Below the pieces are notes generated by a model. That model ran no database searches, was not told the origin of the DNA, and saw nothing but the letters and a program-made list of their open reading frames with translations. Below are positions 44,590 through 58,521 of a stretch of 64,000 nucleotides of DNA, piece after piece (the first letter of the stretch is position 1; each line of letters starts with the position of its first letter). A program made the translations under genes and the position numbers. Origin of the DNA: Centroscyllium fabricii (lineage: Eukaryota); assembly GCA_051313645.2 (NCBI GenBank), contig JBNRSN020000010.1:9424001-9488000 (forward strand), read 5' to 3'.

Positions 44590-46350
44590 GCTATCTCAGT
44601 CTTGAATATGTATTTTGACCTAAACCCGACAGCTTTTTGAGCAGGAGAGCTCTTGATTGTAATGGTGCTTTGTGTGAAGAAGTGCTTCCTGACACCATGG
44701 CTGAGACCCCTAATTCTGGAATTCCCCACCAGAGGTAATCAGTGTTTCTCTATCTAGGCCATCACATTCTTTAATCTTTCTATACATCTTAAACAGATCC
44801 ACTCTTCATCTTTTATATTAAGCAGTTTACAAGACTAGCCGTTGCGAACTGTCATAATAAGATACAAACTTTACGACCCAGTGGAATTCTAGTGAATCTG
44901 CGCTGCAACACGTCCAAGACCAATATATCCTTCCTGAGCTGCGGTGCCCGGAAGTTTGCACAGTACATCAGATTGGGTGTGCCCAGCCATATAAACTGTA
45001 GCAGAAATTGCATATCTTTATATTCCGGCTCCCTTGAGAGAAACGCTAACATCACAAAAAGTATCAAGAAGTATTTATTTTTATGGAGGTCCGTTTTACA
45101 AACAATTACAGAATATAAGCAGACAATTTGGCCCGACTGCTCTGTGTCGGTGTTAATGCTCTGCAGAAACCTCCTCCCACCATTATTAATTTAATCTTAT
45201 TAATCTATTCCTATTCCATTCTCGTTCATCAATTGACCCAGCGTTCCCTTAAATGCATCAATGCTAATCGCCTGAACTGTAGCAATTTCGAGATTGTAAC
45301 CGCTCTTTGGGTAAACAAGATTCTCCTGAATCCCTTATTGATGTATTGTGACTATCTTATATTTATGATACTAGCATGTGGCTCCTCAAATCTTTTCGCC
45401 GTCTACCCTATCAAAACAATTATTGAATTAAAAAACATCAATAGGTCAGCAGCCGTCACTTCTGTAAAGAAGAGAGACCCAGTCTGATCAGTCTTTCCTG
45501 ATATGTATACCCTATCCGACCTGTTATTATTCTGTTACATCTTTATTGCAATTTCTCCATTGCCACTAGGTCCATTTTTTAATGTGGAACCCTTGACACT
45601 CCACAGTATTGTACGAAGTTCGATGTAGTTTCAACTTAATCTCTCTTCTTTTCAATTATATTCTTCTAGAAGTGAACCCCACTGTGTTTGCCTTTTAATA
45701 GACTTCTTAACGCGCATCTCCACTTTTTAAAGATTTATGCATCACTACTTCAAGATTTCATTGATCTTCGGTCCCATTCAGACACTTACTTTTGAATCAG
45801 TACTTGGCCTCCGTATACCTCCGACAATGATGTACCACCTCACAATTACCTATATTTAGATTAATTTGCCAGCTGCCCACCCATGCTGCAGGCTTATTTA
45901 TGCCTTCCTGTGTCTTGTCGCAGCTTTCCTCAGTACCAAGTATAACCCCCAATTTGATTTACTCCAGAAATTCGGAAATGGCAAATCGTTTTGTAAATGA
46001 TTATGTAAGTCCTGTACCTGATTTGACTGATTTCAATACACGTAGCCCTAAATCTATCTGATCCTCCACAGTGAAAAACTTCTCAACATTTACAAAATAC
46101 ACTGATACATTTTCTGAGGTCCACATTGAACTCAATCTGCCACAGTTTTGCCCAATAAATTAATTGATCAATATCCCAGTAAAACTTGCTGCCCCATCTC
46201 CAAAATGTATTGTGCATCTTAAATTGGTGCCGACATTGTACTTGTATACATAGTTCATTATTCCTTCATCTAAGGCATTGATAGATATAGTGAAAAGCTG
46301 AGGCATCAGTACTGATCCCTGGTGGGACACCATTTATCAAAGCCGGTGTA
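44590..46350 (-). mobile_element. Cluster of degraded CR1 fragments
   Basis: Minus-strand ORF LMYCANFRAPQLRKDILVLDVLQRRFTR, and a GVPPGISTDA remnant at about 46320. Confidence 0.65.
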
Positions 46351-46446
46351 CTTTCAATCAGATAGACATGTTTCAGAGTGTCAGAGCGTTGTTATCATTA
46401 CTGAGAGGCTTTATCATGAAAATTTGATATGACTCATTTTTTGCAC

Positions 46447-46503
46447 TTCATTGTTTGTGGGTGTACCTGATGTGTTCTGGAAAAGACAACATCCATGATA
46501 CTT
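46447..46503 (+). pseudogene. MS4A pseudogene TM2 exon
   Basis: FIVCGCT*CVLEKTTSMIL versus FLISGSLCCIMEKTSPTGL (37/57 nt identical by hand count). The acceptor is mutated to cac. Confidence 0.82.
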
Positions 46504-46578
46504 GTAAATATCTCCAGAATGGCTTTACACTACATCAAAGCTCTCCATTGCAAGGAATAATGTTTCATCTTGAAACAC

Positions 46579-46698
46579 TTGTCACTGGACTGATGATGTG
46601 CATTTTAGCAAAGTAACCATCAACTGGAATTGTTCACACAACTACTAGCTCATATAATGAAGGTGGATCTTGACACTTTGCGATAGTGTGAAATAGTG
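46579..46698 (+). pseudogene. MS4A pseudogene TM3 exon
   Basis: Aligns with 10137-10019 (VTGLMMCILAK*PSTGIV versus DAVRIMYVLETLPLTGIV). The acceptor reads cac. Confidence 0.65.
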
Positions 46699-49188
46699 GT
46701 TTTCAGTCAGTAGCCCGTCATACATCTACCGCTATTTATATTTCAGTAACTGCAATGGAATGGAAAATGGAACGGGGTTGATAAATGGGCGTTTAAATCG
46801 GCATCACTTGTTCTATACGATTGACGAAATTTAAAATTCGACTCAGTGAGGCTATATCTTGACTTTTTACGAATCTACAGCACATTTTATATTTCATCAT
46901 TTTATCCTTTCTAGAAGAATACAACTCAAAAGCAGGTAGTTTATATTAAACTGATTAAAAGAACATTGATTATACCGCAATTAGAGTATTGTGCACTGCT
47001 CTGAGCTTTGTATTGCAAAAGTGTTACAGTTACACTACAGAAAGTAACACTTAATAACAATTTACAAGAATTATGGCAGAAAACATGGTTACAGAATCAG
47101 AAAAGACCGAGAAGGGTGGAGATAATTTCTCTGGAAGGGAGAACAAGAGATGTAGTGAAATTATGAAGGGGTCCATTGTGGTAGGCATAGAGAACATGAT
47201 TCCACTCGTGGGTGGGGGCAAGGGGAGGATGTACACACAAACTAAGCTCTTTATATTAGACGGTCACTACTAAATCCAACAGCGAAATATTGATTTGCTG
47301 CTTATACTCAAAAAGTGGAGATAAACAATTGCATTCATGCAGCGCCTTCTATAATCTCAGGACGTCAATAAACGCTTCACAGCCCAACAACTACATTTGA
47401 AGAGTCGTCATTATTGTACTGTTACGTTTTGCCCCATGGAGTGCATGAGGTGAATATCATAGAATCATTGAAGCATCGAATGATACATAAAAGAAGAGGG
47501 TCATTCTGTCCAGTGTGCCTGTGGCTGCTCTTTAGTTGTATTTTCCGATTAATCCCGATTCCCAGCGGTAACCCCATAGCTATTGAAGCATTTATACAAT
47601 TTTACAACTGATGCTGTTAACAGGAAGTGTTATAAGTTCATGAACGAGAAAGGAAAAAAAGATGTGTGTGATGAATTACGTTGGTAGTGGCCTCTGTGGA
47701 GCAGAAGTATCGACAAGGGCCAGTTGTCCCGAATGGATTGTTGCTGTGGAGTAAAATTATACGTAATTATAAGTAATATTTGTCTTCAGAGGGCTTCAAT
47801 GGAAATACATATGGGGATAAATGAAAACATATTTCCGACTCGCTACCACTGTTTTACACTACTGCAAATGTCAAGATCAGTCCATCAGTCCAATCAGCAG
47901 AAACTGTATTTCCAAACATTTGTTCTAACTGCGTCCTAGATTGCTGTAACGGTTATGTGGAAAATATTCTTCTATGTAATTATAAATTTAGCTGCAGATT
48001 TCATTGATCAATATAGTTTTCTAGAATTGAAACTACATCTTTACTCCCTAGAAAATCCTTTCCCCCAAAAAATAGAATTAAATAATCATATACACAGGAA
48101 GAGGCCATTCTGACCATTGCACCTGTGCTGGCTCTTTCAGAGACCTTTCCAATTAGTGCAAATACAACTGTTCCTTCCACAATTAGCCGTACATTTGTCT
48201 TCCTTTTTAAGTATATATAGAATGTCCTTTTGAAATTTACTGTTGATTCTGTTTCTATCATCCTTTCAGTCAGCGCACTTCAAATTGTAACCAATTGTTC
48301 TAATATGTGCTCTCTGGTTAACACCCTTATGCCAGTGAAATATGCACCACAACCTCTCCTTGTGATAGTGAGTTCCAAATTATCACAAATGCCTTTTTAA
48401 ATTGTTCCAGCTGAATTATTTGATGAATTTCTTCTTTACAAAGTTATATTGATCGTCCATGCTTTTGGGCACCACTGCACGTGGAAGCAGCTCTACGTTT
48501 AACCTACCTTAAATGTAAAGACCTCTATTAGGCCACAACTCTACCTTCTCTATTCTAGATAATGGAAATCCACCTTATCAATCTGTAACACATTTTCCTA
48601 CACAATTGCCAAACGCATCTAGCTTGAATTGCCTGAAAAGCCGGTGGAAGCAGAATTAAAAGTAACATTCAAAGTGATATTGTATATATACTTGGAAAAA
48701 TAATAATTGCAGGTTTACGGGGAAAGAGCAAAGCGGAGTGGGCGAAATTACACAACCTCTTCAAAGAGCCGACACAGGCAAGAGATCCGGAACGGTCACA
48801 TTCTGTGCTGTATGGTTCTATGATTCATATCCGTGTCCAATATTTTTACCCCAGCGTCGAAAGTTCCTTCATCTGAATAATTATTGTTGAGTCCCTGTGG
48901 CTGGTCGCACATTATTGGAACAAGGGGGTGATAAATGTGTTTGCAGCAAAGCGACTGATGTTCTGTTCCATTGAACTCAATTGGAAAGGAAATGGGAATG
49001 AGTGTAAAATGGACGTCCGATGGCGAAAACCAATTTCACTCCCAATTGTCTTCATTTGCCCCAAATTGTCAATTACAAATTCTAAATCTCCAGTTGATTT
49101 TCTCCTTCGATTGTGCAGTCGCTGGGAGTAGCACCATTCTCCTTGCAAGTTCCGATTGTCTCAACATATTCTTGCAAATGATCCACAG

Positions 49189-49313
49189 AGATAACGTCAT
49201 GTTCTGGTACTCGTTCTCTTGCTACTGGCGCTGTGGATTTATTGATATACATCCTTTTTTCCATTGTCGGATGCAAGATGTTGTGGAACAATTATAAAAT
49301 ACAACTCAATAAG
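49189..49313 (+). pseudogene. MS4A pseudogene TM4 exon
   Basis: gatccacag|R*RHVLVLVLLLLA (frameshift) LLIYILFSIVGCKMLWNNYKIQLNK. The donor is mutated to ga. 125 nt versus 126 nt. Confidence 0.82.
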
Positions 49314-49579
49314 GATGTTAGATTTAAGGTCACATTGCTAATTAATATTACAGGTTGAGATGCTTAGAAATCAAGACGTTGTCTGTGAAATTCTTCACGG
49401 GCGGGGCGCAAATGGGCGGCCGATCCGATCCGCTGGTTTGGGTCACCGTCCGAGACGAATTTCTCGGTTCTTGCATTTATGTAGTGCAGAGCTTGGCCCA
49501 GGGACGTCCCGAAGTGCTTAACATCCAATTAAATAGGTTTAAATTTTAGTTGAGGTTGTAATGCTGGAAAGTCCGTAGT

Positions 49580-49935
49580 CAATTTGTGCAGATCAAGGTC
49601 CCATAAGCAGAACTTTCTTAAATGAACCAGAGATTGTCTTATGCTTGTTTTTCAGAGATAAATCTTTTTTCTGGGAATCGCGGAAGAAGTTCTCTGCCCT
49701 ATATTTAAATAGCGCCAAGGAGTCTGTTGCATCCACATGATAGAGAACATTTGCCCTCAGTTTAAAACCTCATTCGAAAGATCAGACCACTCACAGTGCA
49801 ATGCTTCCTGACTGCCGCACCAGGACTTTCGTCTTACATTGAGCTGCTGAAGTCTCTGGAGTGGGATTATGAACCCACAAAATTCTCACTCAGTGGCGAG
49901 TGAGCTAGAAACTGAGCCGAAGGTGGCACACTGTA
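49580..49935 (-). mobile_element. Deu-SINE (SacSINE1-like) fragment
   Basis: Reverse head ggctcagtttctagctcactcgccactgagtgagaattttgtgggttcataatcccactccagagac, similar to 25080-25145. Confidence 0.6.
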
Positions 49936-50014
49936 GCAATTTCGTCAATTCAGAATGTTTTCATCACTTACCAGAATCTGGCAATGAGAAATATAATAAC
50001 GCACCGAAACCTTT

Positions 50015-50380
50015 CATTTTCTAACACGGCTGGGGCGACTAGATGCAGGAAGTACGTTCAGAATGATCGGGGAGTCCATAAACAAAAAGTACACACTAAG
50101 GGTAAGGGGCATGCCTTTTAGGACAGAGATGAGGAGAAATGTATTCACCCAGAGAGCGGTGAACCTGTGGAATATGCTACTACAGAAAGCATTGGAGGCC
50201 AATTCATTAAATGTATTCAAGAAGGAGTTACATATATTTCTTAAGGCTAACGAGTTCTAGCAATATAGGGATAAGGCAGGGACATGGATACTTCATCTGT
50301 TTGATCAGCATTGAATGGCGGAGCGGGCGCTATCGTCCGAATGGCCTACGCCTGCTCCTATTTTATATGTTTCTATGTAT
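50015..50380 (+). mobile_element. CR1 3' fragment
   Basis: LRVRGMPFRTEMRRNVFTQRAVNLWN. Confidence 0.8.
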
Positions 50381-50444
50381 GCTGCAATACCTTGCTCCTG
50401 ATGAATATAACAGCTGGCACGGAGAAAATTTAATTTATGTCACA

Positions 50445-52100
50445 GAAACATAAAAACATATAAGAGATGTGCAGGAGTATGCCATGCAGCCCCGTAAGTC
50501 TGTTGCGCCATTTAATGAGACCATGGCTGATCATCGAATTTCAGAAACCTGTCCCTCCTTTGACATCATATTCCTTGATCATTTTAGCCTTAAGAAACAT
50601 ATATAACTCCCAATTGAATATATTTAATGAATTGGCCTCAACTATCTTCTGTGGTAGACAATTCCACAGATTCACCACTCTCTGGGCGAATGAATTCCTC
50701 CTCATCGTTGTCCTAAATGGCTTATACCTTATATTTTGACGGTGACCCCTGGTGCTGAACACCCCTGCAATTTGGAATATCAGTCCTGCATCTAGTCTGA
50801 CGAATCCCTATAGAATTTTATAACTTTCAATGAATTTCACTCTCATTCTTCTAAACTCTCAGTGAATATAAGCTAATGGACACAATCGGTCTTCATAAGT
50901 CATTCCTGATATCCCAGGTCTCAGTCTGGTGAATTTTCGCTGCACTCCCTCCATGGCAGAAACATCCTTCCTCGGATAAGTCGACCACAACTGCACACAA
51001 TACTCAAGGTGTGGTCTCAACAAGGCTCTGTGCAGTGGCAGCAGGTCAACAATGCAATTTTACTAGAATCCTCTCGTTATGAGGGCCAAAAACAAATTTG
51101 AGTTCTTCACCGACTGCTGCACCTGAATGCTTACCTTCAGCAACTGGTGCAACAGAACACCCAGGTCCCGTTGCTCCTTCCCATTATGCTAATATGTTGC
51201 CGTTCAGATAATAATATATAATCCTGCTTTTGACACCAAGAGTATAACATCGCTTTCATCCACTTAATACTGCATCTGCCATGCTTCTGCCCGATCACCC
51301 AACCTCTCCATATCATACTGGAACGTCTCTTAATCCCCCTGACTGCACACATGCACACCGAGCTGTGTTTCGTCTGCAAACATGCATATATTACTTATAG
51401 TTCCCTCGTGTAGATCATCAATATAAATTGTGACTATCTGGGCTCCTCGTAATGATCGCTGAGGTACCCAACTGGTCACTGCCTGCCAGTCGAAAATGAC
51501 ACTTATATTCCAACAATTTCCATCCAGTCTGGCACCCAGTTCTCTATCCAAGTCATTACCTTACCCGCATTACCAGGTGGTTTAACTTTGCACGCCAATC
51601 TCTTATGCGGGAGCTTTTTGAAATACTTTCGAAATTCCCAATACACCATATCCATTGGTTCTCCCTTATCTATTCTATCAGTTACATCCTCAAAAAATTA
51701 CAGTAGGTTAGTCAAACGTAATTAACCTTTTGTAAAACTATGTTGACTTTGTACGAGCCTGCCACCGTTTTCCAATTGTACTGCTATTACTACTTTTAAA
51801 TTGATTGTCGCATTTTCCCCACTACCAATGTCAGGCTTACTGGTCTATAATTCCACTTTTTCTCTTTCCACCATTTTTAAATAGTGGTGTTACATTAGCC
51901 CCCCTACAATCTATGGGAACTATTCCAGAGTCTATAGAATTTTGGAAGACAACCAGCATTTTAACTATTATTTCCAGAAGCAGTTCCTTATGCACCATAT
52001 GATATAGATTATCAGGCTCAGGGAATTTATCGGCAACAAATGACGTCAATTTCCCTATCACCATCTTACTACAAATACTGATTTCATTGAATTGCTCCAA
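50445..52100 (-). mobile_element. CR1 LINE RT and 3' end
   Basis: ANVTPLFKNG, VTSWVPQRS, MFADET and RNSFAQRVVNLWN. Confidence 0.85.
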
Positions 52101-52182
52101 CTCATGTCAGTTTGTTTTTCGTCTAATTGTATTATTTCTTTTTTATCTACTATTTAGACAACAATTCCCATTTATTTTTCAG

Positions 52183-52338
52183 TTTCCAGATAAGCCTCCT
52201 GATCAGGCCAACACCTCCGATGCCACAAGTTCCGACCTACAGCAGTCAGATGCCTCCAAAACAGGGGTAGTGTACAATAGAGTGGGATATTCTGCCGGAA
52301 GACTATTTGTTGCCGTGGAATGTAAATCCAGTTCATGA
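52183..52338 (+). pseudogene. MS4A pseudogene last exon, still open (FPDKPPDQANT...VECKSSS*)
   Basis: Acceptor ttatttttcag, 51 codons plus a stop. Homologous to the minus-strand segments 2949-2860 and 2010-1963. Confidence 0.8.
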
Positions 52339-52429
52339 CTGACCTCGCAAGGCATGTGAAGCTAACGGCTATACCTGAACGAAATCAACTAATAAATAAA
52401 CATAATGAAGACAAATGTGAGAATTGAGC

Positions 52430-53410
52430 AATACATCATGGAATACTACATAACAGAAGGGGGCAATTCGGAGCCTCCTGCCTGTGATGGTTCATTAAAT
52501 ACTCTATATAGTTAGTCCCCCTTTCCTGATTTTTCGCTATAACCCTGCTATTTATCCAATTCCAGTGTATATCACATTGCTTTTTGAAAGTAACTATTGA
52601 ATCCGCTTCCACTGCCCATTCAGAAAATGCATGCTGGTCATCTATTATATAGTGACATAGAAATTAGGAGCTGGTGTAGGCCATACGTTCACTCGAGTCT
52701 GCTCCACTATTCAGTAAGGTTATGGCAGTATCTCGACACCAACTACAAGTTCCCGCCTGATCCACTTATGCAATGATCCCCTTAGTGGCCCAAAGTTTAC
52801 TCATCTCAAACTTGAATATACTAATGGAATGAACATCGACAAACTTCTCGGCAGGCAACCCAAAAGATTCACAACAATCAGGGTAAATAAATTTCTCCTC
52901 GTCTCAGTCCTAAATGGCCGTTCCCTTTTCAATTGTCTATGAGTCATCGTACGATATTCTCTAGCCAAGGGAAATCGACTCTGAGATTCTGCACCTTAAT
53001 AATTTGGCGACACGATAAGTTAACCTCTCATACTTCTAAGTTACAGAGAACATAGTACCATTCAGCTCAATATCTCATCACGGGACAGCCCTTTCTTCCC
53101 AGGAGTCAATCTGCTGAAGGTTTGTTACACCCCTCTAAGGTACGTTTACGCTTCCTTACGTAAGGGGTCTAACACTGTGCGCAGTACCCCAGGTTAGGTC
53201 TCAACAAAGCCCTATATAACGCAGGAAGACTTATTTACTCCAGCACTCCAATACGGTTGCAATAATGGCGAACTGTACATTGTCATTCCGAAATTATTGC
53301 TATTATTCCATGTTAACTGGCTTTGATTCGTATACATGGACACACAATTTCCGCTGAATAAAAACTTTTTAATGGTGCATTTTAAATACATTATGTTTAT
53401 CTATTCTTCG
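52430..53410 (-). mobile_element. Degraded CR1 3' fragments
   Basis: Reversed tails, plus a YRALLRPNLGYCAQC remnant at about 53180-53215. Confidence 0.65.
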
Positions 53411-53913
53411 TACCAATGAAGGATCCATGTACATAGATTATTAAAATGCCATGGACACGTTCTGATGACCTTTATACCAAGATGACTAGAATAGAAGATC
53501 GTATGCACATGTTGTACAGTGTACGAAAGTCTGCAAGCAGAGATTCTCAGTGGATGAGAATCATGTAAGTATACATTGAGATGTAGCGATAGACCAGCTA
53601 ATCTTATCCATGATTCTCTGAGTGTGAAATGCTAAAGACTGTTCTAATTTAGTGATGAATACAGGTAAAAAACAATTTTGGCAAATCTCACATAACAGAC
53701 AACCACAGACTGCGAGTAAAGGTTAAATTGTTATATAACATACTGTAGCATAGATAACACAGTATAAGCTATGTACGAACTACATTTCGTTTACCCAAAT
53801 AAATTGCAAAAATATTTAAAAGATAATTAGGAGAAATATGTAAAACTAAAGAGTTCTTAAAGTTTAAAGTATCCACTTACTATGGTAAAGTGAGAAAGTC
53901 AGAACAAGATCAA

Positions 53914-56900
53914 TGTAAGGGAGACAGCTCTGACATGTTATTAGGCCGTACAATACTTCTAACAGGGAAGTTGTAATAAGAGAGATAACACAATTTCGAG
54001 TAGAGTATAGTTATTGGAAAAAATACTGAGCCTGGAGGATACAAAATGCTAATCTTTGGCTGAGTGAAGGATGGCAGTTTGACCAATGGAACCAATGAAA
54101 GCAGATGTTCTTTAGGACCATATAGAGACAATGGCCAAACGAAATGTTGATATGAAAATGTTTAAAATCCCGGTAATAAAATAATAACTACATACAGAAA
54201 TGTTGTCAGGGCAATGAAACAGATTAAAAACGGCATCACCCGTGTCCGACAGGCTCCAGTTTCAAAGGGCTGCGAGTTACTTTTAAAAATATCACCTGTT
54301 TTTAAGTATTCTACGCTGTAAGCTTAAAATTTGTTGACGCATTGCTCAAACAAGGGCCTTGGAATAAAGCATTTAATTGAATTGAAATTGGTGAGATTAA
54401 TTTAATTTAAGGTTTAAGTCACGGAATGACAGCTCAGCAGCGTATTTCGCTCCTCCTGCTCTATGTATGAAATCAGGGACACTCTCAATTTCCCTGACGA
54501 CTATGTGTTCAGGACGTGTGTCCATCTGCACCAACTGACGGCCCGCATTGTGGCGCTGGAGCTGCTGATCGATACATTCTGGAGCACAGGCGCTGCTGAG
54601 GACCTTGTGCATTGCACACTTAGGGAGTTGGTCACGCCAATGTAAAGGGTGTTCAGGCAGAAAGAGAATGGTTTCCTGCCAAGCTGTTTAGGAGGTACAG
54701 CCAGGTAGTGCAGGAGTCCCATGTGGCTATCACCCTCGCAAACAGATATACTGCGTTGGATACTGAAGGGGGGATAACATTCCAGAGGATGCAGCAGCAG
54801 ACAAATTCCTCGCACAATGGGTAGCTTTGCAGCACAGGCTGCGAGGAAAAAGTGGGGATGATCTATAGCGATAGGGTAGTCAATTATAAGGGGAATAGAT
54901 AGGTGTTTCTGCAGCCGCAAACTAGTCTCCAGGATGGTATGTTGCCTCCCTGGTGCAAGGGTCAAAGTTGTCTCAGAGCGGCTACAGAACATTTTGGAGG
55001 GGGGGCGAACATATGTTGTTGTGATGCACATAGGCACCAACGATATATGTAGAAAATCGGGATGTGGTCCTAAAAGAAGAATATAGGGAGTAAGGAGTTA
55101 AATTAAAAATTAGGTCCTGAAAGGTAATAATGTCAGGATTGCTACCAGTGCCACGTGCTACTCAGAGTATAAATAGGAGGATATTACAAATGAATATGTG
55201 GCTAGAGTAACGGTGCCAGTCGGAGCGATTCAAATACCTTTGACATTGGAATCGGTTCTGACGGAGTTGGGACCAGTACAAACGGGACGGTCTGCACCTG
55301 GGCAGGGCTGGGACCGATGTCCTTGTGGTGGTGTTTGCTAGTGCTGTTGGGTTGGATTTAAACTAAAGTAGCAATGGGTTGGGAACCTGAGCAGGGAGAT
55401 GGAAGAAAGTGAAAAAAATAATCAAAAGACAGAAAGGAGAATAACAAAATTAGAAGGCAGGGAAAGGAGCGGGTTAAATCAAATATGGTCACAGGAAATG
55501 ATAACTCATATAGCTCTGAGGGCGTATAAACAAAAAAGCGGAAGTTTTAGTGTCTTAATGCACGGAGCATTCGTAACAAACTAGATGAGTTAGCTGCGGA
55601 AATAGAGGTAAACAGATATGATCTGAATGGGATTACAGAAACATGGCTTAGGGTGGTCGAGGCTGGGAAGTCAGATGCAGGGGTGTTCAATATTTAGGAA
55701 GGATAGGCAAAACATCAAGGGATGTTGGTTAGCTGTCCTTCTTAAAGATGGGATTAACGCAATTGTAAGGAAGGATATGCATTCTGATGAGCATAAATCT
55801 GCATGGGCAGAAGTGAGAAATATCAAAGGGCAGAAAAAGTTAGTGGGAGTGGTATATAAGCTTACAAACAGTAATGCTGAGGTTGGGGATGGCATAAAAT
55901 GGAAAAACTGGGAAGCGTGCAATATGGGCACAGCAGTCATCATGGGTGTCTTTAATCTACACATAGATTGGAATAACCAAATCAGTAACAATACTGTGGA
56001 AGAGAAATTCATGGAGACGGTTTTCTCCTCCACTGCACCAATATGTCGTGGAGGAGAAATGTCGAGGAACCAACTCGTGATCAGGCCATCTTCGTTTGGG
56101 TATTATGCAGTAAGAAATGATTAATTTGCAATCTTGTCATACGAGGCCCCATAGTTTGGAGCGATCATAATATAATCTCATTTTCACTTGAGATGGAGAG
56201 TGAAGAAATTGACTCAGAGACTGTGGCCCTGAATTTAAGTGAAATGAATTATTTTGGTATGAGACGCAAATTGGTTATGATTGATTGGGTGGTGTTGCTC
56301 GGGGGGTTGACGGTTGATGGACAATGTCAAACATTCAAAGATCGAACGGAAGAATTACAAAACATGTATATACAAGTTTGGCATGCAAATAAACCAAAAT
56401 AGGTGACTTAGGAACGGTTCACATGGGAAATTAGAGATAATATAAAATCCAAATATAGTGCATATAAATTGGCCTAAAAAGCAACAGAGCTGTGGATTGG
56501 CAGCAGTTTAGGACACAGCAAATGAGGACAAAGGGAATCAATAAGAGGTGGAAAATTATTTATGAAAGGAAGCTTGCGGCAAACATAAAAATTGACAGCA
56601 AAGCTGTTATAGATATACTAAGAGGAAAAGATTGTTGAAATGAAGAGGTGGTCCCTTGCACTCCGAATCAGGGGAATATATAATGGGGAACATGAAAATG
56701 GCAGCCCAATTAAATATATATTTTTGTTCTGTCTACACAAAGCAGGATACAGATAACATCTCAGAGTTGTCGGGAAATATAGGGACTAATAAGTGGGAGG
56801 AACTCATATAAATCAGTATTGGTAGAGATATGGTGTTGGGAAACGTGAAGTGTCTGAAGGCTTATAAATCCTCAGGGACAGATAATCTACATCTAAGGGT

Positions 56901-58518
56901 ACTTAAGGAAGTGGCCCTGGAGATATCAGATGCATTAATGATCATCTCCCAGAACGCGATATACTCTGGAATAGCACCCATGGATTGTAGGGTAGCTAAT
57001 GATACCCCACTATTCAAAAACGGTAGTAGAGAAAAACTGGGGAGATACAGAACTTTAAGCTTTACATCGGAAGTGGGGAAAACGGTGGAATCATTATTAA
57101 AGATTTAATAGCAGTACACTTGAAAAACAGTAACGGGATCGGACATAGTTAACATGGATTTACAAAAGATAAATCCTGCTTGACTAATCTACTGGCATTT
57201 TTTGACCATGTAACTGGTAAAAAAGTTAGGGGAAAACCAGTAGACGTTGTGTGTTTGGTCTTTCAGAATGCTTTCCTTAAGGACTCTCATAAGAGATTAA
57301 CGTGCAAAGTTAAGGCTCATGCGATTGGGGGGCAAGACATTGACCTGGATAGAGAACTGGTTGGCAGATAGAAAACAGAGAGTTGGAATAAACAGGTCGT
57401 TTTCTGTGTGGCAGGCTGTGACTAGTGGGGTACCGCAAGGATCTGTCCTAGCACACCAGCTATACTGAATATATATTAATGATCTGGGCGAGGGCATTGG
57501 ATGTACTATCTCCAAATTTGCAGATGGCAAAAAGCTGTATGGGAGGTTATGCGGTTAGGATTATGTTGAATAACTCCAATGCGATTCGGCAGTTTGGGAG
57601 AGTGGGCAGGTAAATGGCAAATTCACTACAATGTAGATAAATGTGAGGTTATCCACTTTGGAGGCAAAACAGGAGGGCAGATTCTTATTTGAATGGCAAT
57701 TGATTGGGAGATGGGGAAGTGCAAAGTGACCAGGGTGTCCTTGTGAACCAGCCACTGAAAGTAAGCATGCAGGTGCAACAGGCGGTTAAGAAGGCAAATG
57801 GTATGTTAACATTCGTAGCAAGAGGGTTACAATATAAGAACAAGCATGATTTGCTGCAGATCCACAGGACATTGGTGAGACCACACCTCGTGTATTGTGT
57901 GCAGTTTTGTTTGCCTCATCTGAGGAAGGACGTCCTTGCCTTTGAAGGAGTTCACCGACGATTCAAAAGTCTGTTACGTGGAATTGCAGGAAAGACGTAT
58001 GGCGAGACATTGAGTCATTTGGGCTACTACTCACTGGAGTTCAGACGATTGAGAGGGGATTACTTGTGAATCTATACAATTCAATCAGGCTTGGACAGAC
58101 TGGATTCAAGAAAGGATGTTTCCGATGAAAGGGGAGCCCACACCAGGGGCTATATTCTAAGGATAAGGGGAAAAACGTTTAGGACTGAGATGAGGGGAAA
58201 TATATTCACGCTGAGAGAGGTGAACCTGTGGAATTCTCTGCCACAGATGGCGGAGGAGTTTGCTTCATTAAATATATTCAACAAGGAGTTGGATTTATTT
58301 ATTCAGGCTGTAAGGATTAACAGATTTGAGGAGAAGTTATGGACAAGGTACTGAATCTGAAAGATCAGTCATGAGCTACTTGAATGGCGGAACAGACTCG
58401 ATGGCATGAATGAGCTACTCCTGCTCCTATCTTCTTTGTTTCTATCATTAAGCATACTGGATGCTGCATTTTTTAGTCTTTTGTACATGAAATCTGAGTG
58501 ATCATTTATGATATTACA
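53914..58518 (+). mobile_element. 5' LTR of a retrovirus-like element, split by a CR1 insertion (LTR parts about 53914-54230 and 58447-58518)
   Basis: Starts TGTAA and ends TTACA just before the PBS. Tandem CCAAT boxes (gaccaatggaaccaatg) and an AATAAA lie in the left part. Confidence 0.55.
54230..58446 (+). mobile_element. Near-full-length degraded CR1 LINE
   Basis: ORF1 Zn-finger/zipper (CSMYEIRD...DDYVFRTCVHL) and SGNH esterase (MVCCLPGARV, HIGTND). ORF2 APE (GITETW, VIMGVFN, SDH) and RT (SGVPQGSVL, KFADG). 3' tail present. Confidence 0.9.
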
Positions 58519-58521
58519 GAT

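Larger units (their letters stand above)
39952..52338 (+). pseudogene. MS4A: MS4A-family pseudogene, inverted paralogue of the minus-strand gene
   Basis: Six exon remnants collinear with the minus-strand gene: 39952-40115, 43152-43255, 46447-46503, 46579-46698, 49189-49313 and 52183-52338. They carry multiple stops, frameshifts and broken splice sites. Confidence 0.85.

Noticed and set aside
44154-44729. 191-aa ORF and other MITE-internal ORFs
   Set aside because: It crosses the MITE boundary into a CR1 fragment, has low complexity and shows no transposase motifs.
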